Source of the DNA: an uncultured Planctomycetota bacterium
GTDB taxonomy: Bacteria; Planctomycetota; Phycisphaerae; Tepidisphaerales; Tepidisphaeraceae
DNA length: 64,000 nucleotides
Reading direction: 5' to 3'
Assembly (NCBI GenBank): GCA_963841915.1
Contig: CAWJEN010000006.1
Coordinates: 1,504,001 to 1,568,000 of the forward strand
The translations under genes and the position numbers were made by a program. Below the pieces are notes generated by a model. That model was not told the DNA's origin and did no database searches. It worked only from the letters and a program-made list of their open reading frames with translations. Below, one piece after another: positions 22,989-32,933 of this stretch; position 1 is the first letter of the stretch, and each line of letters begins with the position of its first letter.

Positions 22989-24254
22989 GTGCCGCGGGAC
23001 AACGACGACGACCTGATTCGTATTCTTGACGATGCCGACGACACGCCCGATCGGCGTGACATCGGCAGCGTCGACTCCTTTGGCAGCGAGTCGCTCGACC
23101 GCCGGGCCCCGGGCGACGAGTATTACGCCGCCGCCGCCGATCCGGAACGGTTGCGGCAGCTCCAGGCGGAGCACCGCAAACGCGTCGAGCGTGAAACGCG
23201 ACTCGCCGACGATGGCAGCTACGACCTGTCGGACGACGAGCCGGCCCCGTCGATGCCCAAGCCGCGGAAGAAGGCGACGCCGGCTGTTGCAGTCGTCCCG
23301 GCCGCCGATGCGGAGTTCATCGAGGATCGGCCGTGCCACAACTGCGGGTACAACCTCATCGGACTGCCTCCCGGGACGCGATGCCCGGAGTGCGGGGCCC
23401 AGCCGCCGATCTCGATGGGGTCGCGGCCGCGGACGAGCGGCCGACTGGTGGCGGCGCCCGATTCTCTGCAGTCGGCCAACCCGCGGTGGCTCGGTCAGTT
23501 GGCGCTGGGACTTCAGTTGATCTTCTGGACCGTTATCGTCAACTTCTGCATCGGGTTTGCCTCCAACTTCATCCCGCTCCCCGCCATCGTCTGGCGGGCC
23601 ATCGAAACGGCCGGCGTGCTGTCGGTCGCGGCCGGGTTTTGGTTGTTGTCGATGCCTGATCCGAGCGGGGTCGACGCCAAGCAAAAGCTGCGTCTGGCCA
23701 TGCGGGTGCTGGCGGTGGCTGGTGTGGCGTCGGCGGGCTTCAACTTCCTGATCGTGCTCCTTGACGCCAACGGTCCAGCCGGTGGTGGTGGTGGCGGTCT
23801 CACCATCACGCCGCTCCTGGCGCTGCAGATGGGGCTCGAGATCGTGTGGCTTGCCGCCACGCCTGTGACGGCCTTTTACCTGCGACACCTGGCGATTCGC
23901 GCCTACACGCCGGAAGTGCAGGCCCGTGCCGAATCGGTCGGCCTCATCCTCAGCTTCTCGCTGGGCCTGCTGGGCCTGGGCGTCCTGCTGCTGATCGCAA
24001 CGATCATGACGACCGGCTCGATCGGCATCACCGGCGCGTTGGGTCTGGGGTGCGCCGGTGTGTTGCTGGGCTTGGTCTTCCTCGCCGGGACGATTATGTA
24101 CGTGCTGCTGCTGGCCGAGGCGTTGCAAATGATCCGCCACGCCGCCAGTCCGTCGTCGAACGGCAACGAGATGTCGCCGGACCAGATGCGGCAGCGTGAA
24201 GCCGAAATCCTGGCGGCTAGACGCCGCAAGCAGACGATTCGCATCGGGCGATAG
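22989..24254 (+). CDS. Zinc-ribbon-containing membrane protein
   Basis: CHNCGYNLIGLPPGTRCPECG followed by about six TM helices. Confidence 0.75.
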   Translation: MPRDNDDDLIRILDDADDTPDRRDIGSVDSFGSESLDRRAPGDEYYAAAADPERLRQLQAEHRKRVERETRLADDGSYDLSDDEPAPSMPKPRKKATPAVAVVPAADAEFIEDRPCHNCGYNLIGLPPGTRCPECGAQPPISMGSRPRTSGRLVAAPDSLQSANPRWLGQLALGLQLIFWTVIVNFCIGFASNFIPLPAIVWRAIETAGVLSVAAGFWLLSMPDPSGVDAKQKLRLAMRVLAVAGVASAGFNFLIVLLDANGPAGGGGGGLTITPLLALQMGLEIVWLAATPVTAFYLRHLAIRAYTPEVQARAESVGLILSFSLGLLGLGVLLLIATIMTTGSIGITGALGLGCAGVLLGLVFLAGTIMYVLLLAEALQMIRHAASPSSNGNEMSPDQMRQREAEILAARRRKQTIRIGR

Positions 24255-24271
24255 GGGTGTAGAACCTTGTC

Positions 24272-24982
24272 ATGCCTGACGCGACGCTCCAGAACCTGCT
24301 CGCCAGCTACCCCCGACCGCGACCGGCGTTACCGGCGAAGCAGGCGGCGATTTACGAAGTCGAATACAAGCGGAACCGTCAGGGCGGTGGGCTGATGAGC
24401 AAGCTGGCACAGGGGGCCGAGGGCTGGATGCACGAATGTGTTGCGGCTGGCGGGCTCGCCGGGCCGGTGCTGGAGTTGGGGGCCGGGACGCTGAACCACG
24501 TGCCGCACGAATCGCCGGGGATCAAGGGCTGGGGCTACGACATTGTCGAGCCGCAACGGCACCTTCACGAGGACAGCGAGCATCGCGAGGTCGTGCGTGA
24601 CGTCTACGCCGACATCAGCGAGGTGCCTGCCGATCGGCAGTACGCGCGGATCATCAGCGTCGCGGTGCTGGAGCATCTGGACGACCTGCCGGGCGTCTTG
24701 GAGCAGTGCAAGAAGCTGCTGGCACCCGGTGGGCTCATGCAGCACGGCATCCCGAGCGAGGGCGGCTTTCTGTGGGGTCTGGGCTGGCGAATGACGACGG
24801 GGTTGGCGTACCGGCTGCGGACGGGGTGCAGCTACAAGACCCTCATGCGGCACGAGCACCTCAGCAACAGCGAGGAGATCATCGCGGTGTTCCGGCACGT
24901 GTTCCCGTCGGCGACGGTGAACCGGTTTCCGACACAGACGCGGCACGGATCGTTGTACGGGTACCTTGAGGCGACGAAGTAG
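24272..24982 (+). CDS. Class I SAM-dependent methyltransferase
   Basis: VLELGAG motif I, YARIISVAVLEHL, LLAPGG. Confidence 0.85.
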   Translation: MPDATLQNLLASYPRPRPALPAKQAAIYEVEYKRNRQGGGLMSKLAQGAEGWMHECVAAGGLAGPVLELGAGTLNHVPHESPGIKGWGYDIVEPQRHLHEDSEHREVVRDVYADISEVPADRQYARIISVAVLEHLDDLPGVLEQCKKLLAPGGLMQHGIPSEGGFLWGLGWRMTTGLAYRLRTGCSYKTLMRHEHLSNSEEIIAVFRHVFPSATVNRFPTQTRHGSLYGYLEATK

Positions 24983-25142
24983 CACGCGCGCAGGCGGCCG
25001 CGGCGGCGCACGGGGTTTGCGCGTCGGCCGTGGCGTACCGCGTTCGTCATGTTCGCAAAACATCAGTCGTTGTTCCGCATCTGCGATGTAATAAATGACG
25101 TAAGGCGGACGACCCGCCGACGCAGTCGAAGCGGTCGGCAGG

Positions 25143-25158
25143 GGTTCCACGTGGAACA
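25143..25158. promoter_or_regulatory. parS site
   Basis: GGTTCCACGTGGAACA; matches the ParB-binding consensus TGTTNCACGTGAAACA. Confidence 0.8.
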
Positions 25159-25211
25159 TCTCAGCCCGCCGCCGCGACTGCAACCGGGCTGGCGGACGAG
25201 AATCGGGGTCG

Positions 25212-25235
25212 CAAATGTTCCACGTGGAACATTTG
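25212..25235. promoter_or_regulatory. parS site inside a 24-bp perfect palindrome
   Basis: CAAATGTTCCACGTGGAACATTTG. Confidence 0.9.
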
Positions 25236-25305
25236 AGCATGGGCCGACCTCGTGAAACCGCAGATGGCCGCCGCCGCGCAGCGCTCAATGGTCGGCCGCG
25301 CGTGC

Positions 25306-25333
25306 AAAAGCCGCGTCGCAAGGCGACGCGGCT
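25306..25333 (-). terminator. Intrinsic terminator for the minus-strand prepilin gene
   Basis: AAAAGCCGCGTCGC-AAG-GCGACGCGGCT: 11-bp stem with a short U-run on the minus strand, ~30 nt after the stop at 25363. Confidence 0.7.
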
Positions 25334-25362
25334 CCGGAGGAAGCAGAGGCTTGTGGTGAGAC

Positions 25363-26309
25363 TTAGCGGTTGAGCAGGACTACTCGACGGCTCAGGCCGG
25401 TGTCGAGGTAGTTGGGGAACCCTTGCAATTCACCAACCGAGGTCTGTGTTTCGACGTGCCCGTCGGCATAGAGGATGTTGGAGGCTGAGCCCTTGAAGTC
25501 ACCCTCGGCACCGCCGCGGCCGTGGCGGAAGCGAATGTTGCCGAAGTCGAAGCTGCCTGAGTTGGCAACGTCGCGATTAATCGAGCCGGCCAGATTACGG
25601 TCGTAGAAGCCGGCGATGCCGTCTGCGAGAGGTTCGAGCATGTATGGGCCGCCTGCGTTGAACAGGCCGTAGTGCGTCGGCTCGGTCCAGTCGAGCCGGT
25701 ACATGGTCGCGGCTGCGGTGTTCTGGGCGTCGATGTTGTCGGCGGCGAGGGTTGCGTCTGCCGCTACGAGCGTTTCCGTCGGATCGCCGATCTGAGCCAG
25801 CTTGTATGGCTCATAGAAATTGTTCGGCATCGGCTTCTGCGGGTTGCGGTCGTCGAGGTTGGGCATCAACCGCGGGTGGACCGAGTACTGGCCAAAGCCA
25901 TCGACCGGCGCGGCGCAGTCGGGCAGTTGAAGGCTTGTCTCGTCAGGACGTCGGCCCCTGCGCTTGCGGCGGCGTAGTTGTCCGCACCCGACTCATCGAG
26001 GTAGGCCAGCGTCAGCAGCGTCCAGGCCGTCTGCTCGCCAGGAATGATGTTGTTGATGCCGTCCTGGGCACCGTCGGTGTAGCCGTAGGGCAGGGTGTTG
26101 CCTTTGCTGCTTTCGGTGTAGAGCAGCAGACCAGTACCGACCTGACGCAGGTTGCTGAGGCAGGCGACGTTCTGGGCAGAGCTGCGGGCGCTGTTGAGCG
26201 TGGGCAGCAGGATAGAGATCAGCAGTGCGATGATGCCGATGACGACGAGCAGCTCCACGAGGGTGAAGCCGAGGCGGCCCTGATGCGGGCGGCGGGGCGG
26301 GTTGAACAT
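25363..26309 (-). CDS. Prepilin-type N-methylation / H-X9-DG domain protein (DUF1559-like), frameshifted near 25870-25900
   Basis: ORF 25866-26309 has GFTLVELLVVIGIIALLISILLPTL..AR...CLSNLRQVG; ORF 25363-25869 has RFRH...SNILYADGHVE. Confidence 0.85.
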
Positions 26310-26348
26310 GACGGGCTCCTCTTTTGGTTGAGACTAACGGCAACGCCC

Positions 26349-26364
26349 GGTTCCACGTGGAACG
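26349..26364. promoter_or_regulatory. parS site
   Basis: GGTTCCACGTGGAACG, intergenic. Confidence 0.75.
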
Positions 26365-26425
26365 CCGCCGGGATTCGGCCGAACTGCCGGTAGGCAGAAC
26401 GGCCGGGTGGGGGGAAGAAGGTGAC

Positions 26426-27064
26426 TCAGGCGCGGCGACGACGACGCAGCGCGGCAAGGCCGGCGACACCCAACAGGCCGGCGGTCGTCGGCTCGGGGAC
26501 GTTGATGAACAGGAAGGCGTCGTCGTAGAAAGGCGCGCCTCCACCGGTGACGACCTGGTCGCCGTTGCGGTCTTCAAACGAGCCGGTCACGAGTACGAAG
26601 CGGACGCTGACCGCACCATCGGGTGCGACGGCGGAGACGGTGCCGGGCACGAAAACGCTGTCCGCTGGGCTAGTGGCGTCAAGGACGATGTTGCTGATGA
26701 TGCCGTCGATGAGGTCACCGGCTGCGTTGCGGAACTCGAGGTTGATGGCCGCGATCTGGTCGTTGGCCATGGCGTCGAAGGACGGGTTGGCGACAACAGC
26801 GCCGCCGTCGACCCGATCACCGGGAATAACCGGGAAGTCCTGGAACGCGCCGGCGACGCCGCCGAACATCTTCAGGCCGTTGGCACCGCTGTTGGCCAGC
26901 GCCTGGTTGGTGAAGACGCCGTTGAAGGTGGTCCAGCCAAGAGCGCTGGGCGTTTCCATTGTGGTGTCATCGAGCTCGAAGCCCGGGTTGACGAGCAGGT
27001 CAGCCGACGCGGTGGTGGCGACGGCGAGCGAGGCCGCGAGGGCCAGGGGGGTGCAAAGTTTCAT
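26426..27064 (-). CDS. PEP-CTERM sorting domain protein
   Basis: GGAGGAG RBS, signal peptide, LLVNPGFE, C-terminal VPEPTTAGLLGVAGLAALRRRRA. Confidence 0.92.
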   Translation of the reverse strand: MKLCTPLALAASLAVATTASADLLVNPGFELDDTTMETPSALGWTTFNGVFTNQALANSGANGLKMFGGVAGAFQDFPVIPGDRVDGGAVVANPSFDAMANDQIAAINLEFRNAAGDLIDGIISNIVLDATSPADSVFVPGTVSAVAPDGAVSVRFVLVTGSFEDRNGDQVVTGGGAPFYDDAFLFINVPEPTTAGLLGVAGLAALRRRRRA

Positions 27065-27072
27065 ATCTCCTC

Positions 27073-28167
27073 CTAGGAAGACTGAGGGTGGGGTGGGGGT
27101 ACAAACGGCCCGGCGGTCGCGCCAGGCTCGAAAACGGTGGGGAGCGATCGACGCACGGGCGCAGGCTGGGCGGCATCGGTGTCGTCGCGATGACGGACGG
27201 TGCCGGCCATCAAGACGCGAAGCGCGTCGACCGCAGCACCGCCAATAGCGCGAGCATCTTGCGAAACGCAAGCGATCGGCGGGAAGGTCAGACGCCGCAT
27301 GAGGCCGTCGCTGAAGCCGACGATGCTCAGATCACGGGGGATTTTGATCCCTTGATCGTGCGCCGCGTGCAACAATGCGATCGTCGGCATGGGGTCGGCG
27401 ATGTAGATCGCCGATGGCCGCAGGTGGACGGGCGTGGCCAGCCAGCGGTCGATGATCGCCTGGCCCGTCTCAAAGATTGCCCGCTCTCTCAGAACGGCAG
27501 GGAACGCCTCCGGCTCGTCGTGGGTCGGCAGACCTGCCGTCGTCATGGCGTCACGCCAGCCATTGATGCGGTCGCGGTGGTCGGTGTCGTCGCGGACGTT
27601 GGCCACGACGCTGATGCGGCGGTGGCCGAGCTCGATCAGGTGCTCGATGGCGATGAACGAGCCGCCGTAGCTCTCGCCGTCGATCCAGCTGATGGACGGC
27701 TCGTCGTCGAGACGAGCACCAACCAGGACGAACGGAAAGCGCTCGCGTGCGAGCTGTCGACACAGGTCAAAGCCGTCGTCGGTCGAACGCAGAATGGCCC
27801 CCTTGATGCCTTTTCTACGGAAAAGAGCCGAGGGTGACTCGTCGGGGCGGAGCGCCCGCTTGAGGTTGATGATGAGCAGGTCATTACCGAAGTCCTCACC
27901 GGCCGACTCGTCGGCGACGCTGAGACCGATGCCTGAAAGAAGTCCTTGATCGTAAGGCGTCGCGATGGTGCCAGGACCGGCGTAGGCCAGTGCAATGCCC
28001 TCGGCAACGGCGCGACGTCCGACCCGGCGGACGTAGCCAACATCGTTGACGACGCCGAGTACGCGCTGACGGGTCTCGTCATTGACGCGGCCGGTTTCGT
28101 TCAGCACACGACTCACCGTCGCGATGCTGACCTGCGCCCTTTTTGCGATTTCGCGGACACTTCCCAT
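27073..28167 (-). CDS. LacI family transcriptional regulator
   Basis: SVREIAKRAQVSIATVSRVLN HTH, HLIELGHRRI, IPRDLSIVGF. Confidence 0.93.
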   Translation of the reverse strand: MGSVREIAKRAQVSIATVSRVLNETGRVNDETRQRVLGVVNDVGYVRRVGRRAVAEGIALAYAGPGTIATPYDQGLLSGIGLSVADESAGEDFGNDLLIINLKRALRPDESPSALFRRKGIKGAILRSTDDGFDLCRQLARERFPFVLVGARLDDEPSISWIDGESYGGSFIAIEHLIELGHRRISVVANVRDDTDHRDRINGWRDAMTTAGLPTHDEPEAFPAVLRERAIFETGQAIIDRWLATPVHLRPSAIYIADPMPTIALLHAAHDQGIKIPRDLSIVGFSDGLMRRLTFPPIACVSQDARAIGGAAVDALRVLMAGTVRHRDDTDAAQPAPVRRSLPTVFEPGATAGPFVPPPHPQSS

Positions 28168-28470
28168 CAGGCCCTCCTCGGCACGACGTGAAACAGTTAC
28201 GATGGCAGCCTAACCCAATCTTCACATGACGTCAAGAAACATTTTCTCACCACCGGCCAATCTGGCCTTCTCTTTCTGGCGATCGTGCCTGCCGCCTCCC
28301 GGATCAGGCTTCCGCGGGGTGCGAGAAGTCGGGCCCGACCTTCCACAACGAACGCACATGGGTTGACAAGCGTGGTAAGCCTTCCCGATCCTGCCGATCC
28401 TGCGGCATCGTCCTGATGTCGCTCCACCTGCGGCTTGTCCGCCCCGCCTGAAGTTGCTCAACCCGTCCGT

Positions 28471-31400
28471 ATGAATCGTGCCCACGCACCCGAGCGTTTA
28501 GAAGCCCGTCGTCTGCTCTCTGCTGTCGCTGACGTTGATTTTGCCCTTCAAGACCATGGAGGTCACGAGCACGGCGGTGCCTGTGCCTGCGGTTGCTGCG
28601 GCGGGTCAGCGTTATCGGCTGAGCTGGAGCTTGCCGAGCTGCCTTCGTCGTTGCTCGAACGAGCGACACGTGCCGATGGCGACTTCATCGGCGACGGGCA
28701 CGACCACGGCCCGATGCTGAGCGACGAGTTCGGCACCTTCTACTTCGACCCGGCTCCGCTGGCTTATGTCGATGAAGAGCCTGCCGCGGCTGCGTTGGCG
28801 ATGCCGGTCGCTGCCGTGTCGTCGCTGCCTGTGCAGCCCGGATTCTCATCGAACCCGTCGTCGCCCAAGAAGATCTTCCTTGATTTCGATGGCCACGTCG
28901 TCAGCAACACCGCCTGGAACAACCTCAACAACGGCAACCCAATCCGCGCTCAGCCGTTCGACAACGACGGCAACCTCTTCTCGTTCTCGAACAGCGAGCA
29001 GTCGTTCATCCGCGAAACCTTTGCCGCGGTCGCCGAGGACTTCGCGCCGTTCAACGTGGACGTGACGACGATCGACCCAGGTGCGTCAGCATTCGCGGGC
29101 AACCGGAATGCCGTTCGGGTCCTCATCAGCACCGACCGCGACTCGACCGCACTGGGTGGTACGGGAAATCAGTGGTTCTCCAACGCCGGTGGCGTGGCCT
29201 ACGTCAACTCGTGGCGGTTCAATGGTGACACACCCGTTTGGGTCTTCGAGAACAACCTCGCCAACAACGCCAAGTGGATCGGCGAGGCGGTCAGTCACGA
29301 AGTCGGGCACGCCTTCGGGCTCCGCCACGACGGTGGCGGCGGTGACGGTGAGTACTTCCGTGGGCACGGCAACTGGGCACCCATCATGGGTGTCGGCTAT
29401 TACCGCTCCGTCACCCAATGGAGTCGCGGCGAGTACAGCGGTGCCAACAACCTTGAAGACGACATCGCCATCATCGCCGGTTCGACCAACGGCGTCGGGT
29501 ACCGCACGGACGATCACGGCGACTTCATCTCGGGCGCTTCGCCTGTTGTCGTGCAAAGCAACAGCAGCACGTCGCAAGTGCTCTCTGCTGACGGCATCAT
29601 CAGCCGCAGAAGCGACGTCGACGTGTTCCGCCTCGACCTCACGGCCGGTTCCGGCCGCGTCACCGGGCGCATCACTGCCGACGGTCTTGGTGCTCAGAAC
29701 GAGCCCTCGGATGCCAATCTGAATGTCAAGGCGGCGCTCTATACCGCTTCCGGTGCCCTTGTTTCCTCCTCGTTTGACGCTGCAGGCGTGCCGCCGTTGA
29801 GCGACTACCTCGATTCGGGTCAACTCGACGCAGGTATCTACTACCTCGCCGTCGATGGCTTCGGGGACGGCAACCCGGCCACGACCGGTTACAGCGACTA
29901 CGGCAGCCTCGGTGAGTTCCGCTTCAATCTGACCTACAGCTTCCAACCTGACCAGCAGGGCGAACTCGACGTCCAGGTGAACGGTCAGACGCGCTCCGCA
30001 GACCTCAGTGGTCTCCAGTCGACTTTCAGCCAAGACAATGGCTCTTTCGAGGGCACCACGGACGGGTCCGGCCTCACACTCGTCGGCAACGCGTGGAAGC
30101 ATCTGTTGTTCGACTACGACGTCACGGCCAACACCGTCTTGTCGTTCGACGTGACGACCACCAGCGGGGCCGAGATCGTCGCCATCGGCTTCGACGAGAA
30201 CCGGACGTTTAACGATCGCGCCCGCGTCTTCCAGGTCGCCGGCAGTCAGACCTTCGGCCAGGCGGCCGACGTGATCGCGAATCAGCCGACGGGCACCACG
30301 CGTTCCTACACCGTTCGCGTCGGTGACTACTACCAAGGCAGTATGAACTACCTGTCGTTCGTCAGCGACGACGACGCCAACAGCGGGGCACGGACAACCT
30401 TCCGCAACCTGCGGATCAATGAAGCCGCGGCCCCGCCACCGGTCACGCCGTTTGCAGAGTCGAACGGCCTTGCAGTCGTCGAAGCCGCCCAGCCGACCGG
30501 TAGAGGCAACAGCGCCGGTCACGAGTGGGTCACCCGCTCAGGCAACGGCTCATCCAACGGCTACCTTTCGGCAGAGCCCAACACCGGCTTCAACAGCGGT
30601 GACAGCCTCAGCGGCCGACGCGCTGACTACGCCATCGACTTCAACACCACCGGCACGTACTACGTCTGGCTCCGCATGGCCGGTGACAGCTTCCGCGACG
30701 ACTCTGTCCATGTCGGCCTCGACGGCAACGTCGCCACGATCGGCGGATTCGGCATGTCGCCGCCGGCAGGTGCGGACGCCAGCTTCCAGTGGGTTAACGC
30801 TCCGGCAGAGCTCGGGCGACGCGTCACCGTTAACGTCACCACGCCCGGCGTCCACACGCTCAACGTCTGGGTGCGAGAAGACGGCGTCCGTGTCGACGAC
30901 ATCCGCCTGGCCAAAAATGCAAGTTACAACCCGGCCGGCCCGACCACGCCGCCTCCGCCGCCCGGGCAGCCACGTTTCGTCGTGCAGAACGGCCTCGTCG
31001 CAATGCAGGCTGAGGACTTCACCGGCGGCAGCGGTTCACGCGGCGGCGACACGTGGGTCGAGGCCCGCTACGGCAACCGCGACGTCATGGTCGCCGGGCC
31101 CGACGACGGCTCGAACGCCAAGGACACCACCAACGGCCCACGGCTCGACTACGCGATCGAGTTCGATCAGCCCGGCACCTACTACGCCTGGGTTCGACTC
31201 GCCGACGCCAGCGGGAATCAGCGGAGTGACTCGGTTCACGTCGGGCTCAACGGCACCGCTGCCACCTTCGGGAATTGGGGCCTGGAAAATCCCTTGTCTT
31301 CGCTCGAATGGTCCAACAGCGGTCGCGGCATCGGCCGGGTGACGGTCAACGTGCCCTCAGCAGGCATTCACACGTTCAACCTGTGGATGCGCGAAGACGG

Positions 31401-31572
31401 CACGCCGGTTGACAAGCTCGTGCTTACCCGCGACTCGGGTTACGTCCCGACCGGTCTCGGCCCGAACAGTGACGCACCGACGAGTGGTGCTGCTGTTATC
31501 GTAAGTCGACAGATCTCGATCTTCGGCGACGACGAAGAAGCGCCGTCCCGGATCGCGGTGGACACGTTGTAA
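28471..31572 (+). CDS. Secreted modular zinc metalloprotease (metzincin) with a PPC-like domain and repeated beta-sandwich/CBM-like domains
   Basis: ERLEARRLLS planctomycete extracellular motif, KIFLDFDGH, HEVGHAFGLRH (HExxHxxGxxH) plus WAPIMG Met-turn, DVDVF...GIYYLAVDG, and two GTYY.W.R...DSVHVG...GxHTxNxWxREDG modules. Confidence 0.85.
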   Translation: MNRAHAPERLEARRLLSAVADVDFALQDHGGHEHGGACACGCCGGSALSAELELAELPSSLLERATRADGDFIGDGHDHGPMLSDEFGTFYFDPAPLAYVDEEPAAAALAMPVAAVSSLPVQPGFSSNPSSPKKIFLDFDGHVVSNTAWNNLNNGNPIRAQPFDNDGNLFSFSNSEQSFIRETFAAVAEDFAPFNVDVTTIDPGASAFAGNRNAVRVLISTDRDSTALGGTGNQWFSNAGGVAYVNSWRFNGDTPVWVFENNLANNAKWIGEAVSHEVGHAFGLRHDGGGGDGEYFRGHGNWAPIMGVGYYRSVTQWSRGEYSGANNLEDDIAIIAGSTNGVGYRTDDHGDFISGASPVVVQSNSSTSQVLSADGIISRRSDVDVFRLDLTAGSGRVTGRITADGLGAQNEPSDANLNVKAALYTASGALVSSSFDAAGVPPLSDYLDSGQLDAGIYYLAVDGFGDGNPATTGYSDYGSLGEFRFNLTYSFQPDQQGELDVQVNGQTRSADLSGLQSTFSQDNGSFEGTTDGSGLTLVGNAWKHLLFDYDVTANTVLSFDVTTTSGAEIVAIGFDENRTFNDRARVFQVAGSQTFGQAADVIANQPTGTTRSYTVRVGDYYQGSMNYLSFVSDDDANSGARTTFRNLRINEAAAPPPVTPFAESNGLAVVEAAQPTGRGNSAGHEWVTRSGNGSSNGYLSAEPNTGFNSGDSLSGRRADYAIDFNTTGTYYVWLRMAGDSFRDDSVHVGLDGNVATIGGFGMSPPAGADASFQWVNAPAELGRRVTVNVTTPGVHTLNVWVREDGVRVDDIRLAKNASYNPAGPTTPPPPPGQPRFVVQNGLVAMQAEDFTGGSGSRGGDTWVEARYGNRDVMVAGPDDGSNAKDTTNGPRLDYAIEFDQPGTYYAWVRLADASGNQRSDSVHVGLNGTAATFGNWGLENPLSSLEWSNSGRGIGRVTVNVPSAGIHTFNLWMREDGTPVDKLVLTRDSGYVPTGLGPNSDAPTSGAAVIVSRQISIFGDDEEAPSRIAVDTL

Positions 31573-31644
31573 AGTGCGTGCAACGGCGTCACCCGCCGCG
31601 ACCGCCGGTCGCGTGGGAGGTGCCTGCCCACCTGCCCGTTCAAT

Positions 31645-32913
31645 ATGCCGGTATACGTCTACGAAGCGATGAGCCCCAGCGGCTCGGAGGTCAAGGAAGA
31701 ACTCGAAGCCGCAAGCAACGCGGAAGCGATTGCAAAGATTCGCGCAAAAGGCTATTTCCCGACCAAGATCAAGGAAAAGCAGGCCAAGAAGGCCGTCAAG
31801 AAGGGCAAGGGTGGCAAGGAGCCTGAGCTCCAGCCGCTGTCGCCGAAGAGGAAACTGCCGCTGTCGATCGGCGGTGTGCCGCGCAAGCAGCTCGTCAACT
31901 TCACCCGCCAGCTCTCGACGCTTCAGGATGCGGGCCTGCCGATTCTGCGGTCGTTGCAGATCCTGGAACAACAGCAAAAACCCGGCCTCCTCAAGGCCGT
32001 CATCGGTGGCGTGGCCGACGAAGTCGAGAGTGGTTCGTCGCTCTCAGAGGCGATGGCCAACTATCCCAAGGCCTTCGACAAGCTGTACGTCAACATGATC
32101 AACGCCGGTGAGGCCGGCGGTGTGCTCGACATCATCCTGGCCCGCCTGGCCGACTTCATGGAGAAGGCCGCCCGGCTCAAGAAGAAGGTCATCGGTGCGA
32201 TGATCTACCCGGCGGCGGTTATTACCATCGCCGTCGCGATCGTGACGGGCATCATGATCTTCGTGATCCCGGCGTTCAAGGACATCTTCAACGACTTCGG
32301 CGTGGAACTGCCCGCCGCGACACAGTTCCTGATCTCCACCGCCGACTTCCTGGCACCGCCCAACAACGGCTGGATCTACATCGTCCTGTCGCCCGTCGCG
32401 TTCCTGCTCTTCTGGAAGCTCGTCCGCATGAGCAAGGGCGGTCGCTACGCCACCGACCTGTTCAAGCTCAAGATTCCGATCCTGGGCCAGATCGTCGGCA
32501 AGGGCACCATCGCCCGTTTCACCCGGACGCTCGGCACGCTCATCAGCGCCGGCGTGCCCATCCTCGACGCCATCAACATCACCAAAGAGACGTGCGGCAA
32601 CGAGGTCTTCGAGCGGGCACTCGTCAAGGTCCACGACGCGATCCGTGAAGGTGAATCCATGGCCGATCCGCTGCGGGCGACCCGCATCGTCGACACGATC
32701 GTCGTCAACATGGTCGACGTCGGCGAAGAGACCGGCGACCTCGACAAGATGCTCGTGAAGGTGGCCGACAACTACGACAACGACGTCGACGTGCTGGTCA
32801 GCTCGCTCGTGAGCATCCTGGAGCCGGTGATGGTTGTGGTGCTGGGTGCGATTGTCGGCTTCATCGTCGTGGCCTTGTTCATGCCGATGATTTCGCTGGT
32901 CCAGTCGCTGTAA
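31645..32913 (+). CDS. pilC: Type IV pilus/T2SS inner-membrane platform protein (PilC/GspF)
   Basis: FTRQLSTLQDAGLPILRSL, AGEAGGVLD, AMIYPA, VGEETGDLDKML, ILEPVMVV. Confidence 0.95.
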   Translation: MPVYVYEAMSPSGSEVKEELEAASNAEAIAKIRAKGYFPTKIKEKQAKKAVKKGKGGKEPELQPLSPKRKLPLSIGGVPRKQLVNFTRQLSTLQDAGLPILRSLQILEQQQKPGLLKAVIGGVADEVESGSSLSEAMANYPKAFDKLYVNMINAGEAGGVLDIILARLADFMEKAARLKKKVIGAMIYPAAVITIAVAIVTGIMIFVIPAFKDIFNDFGVELPAATQFLISTADFLAPPNNGWIYIVLSPVAFLLFWKLVRMSKGGRYATDLFKLKIPILGQIVGKGTIARFTRTLGTLISAGVPILDAINITKETCGNEVFERALVKVHDAIREGESMADPLRATRIVDTIVVNMVDVGEETGDLDKMLVKVADNYDNDVDVLVSSLVSILEPVMVVVLGAIVGFIVVALFMPMISLVQSL

Positions 32914-32933
32914 CGTTCGCCCAGGAGATTGTC

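Noticed and set aside
28186..28250. LacI operator (GTGAAACAGTTAC, AGAAACATTTTCT)
   Set aside because: These are only weak imperfect palindromes and cannot be supported without comparative data.
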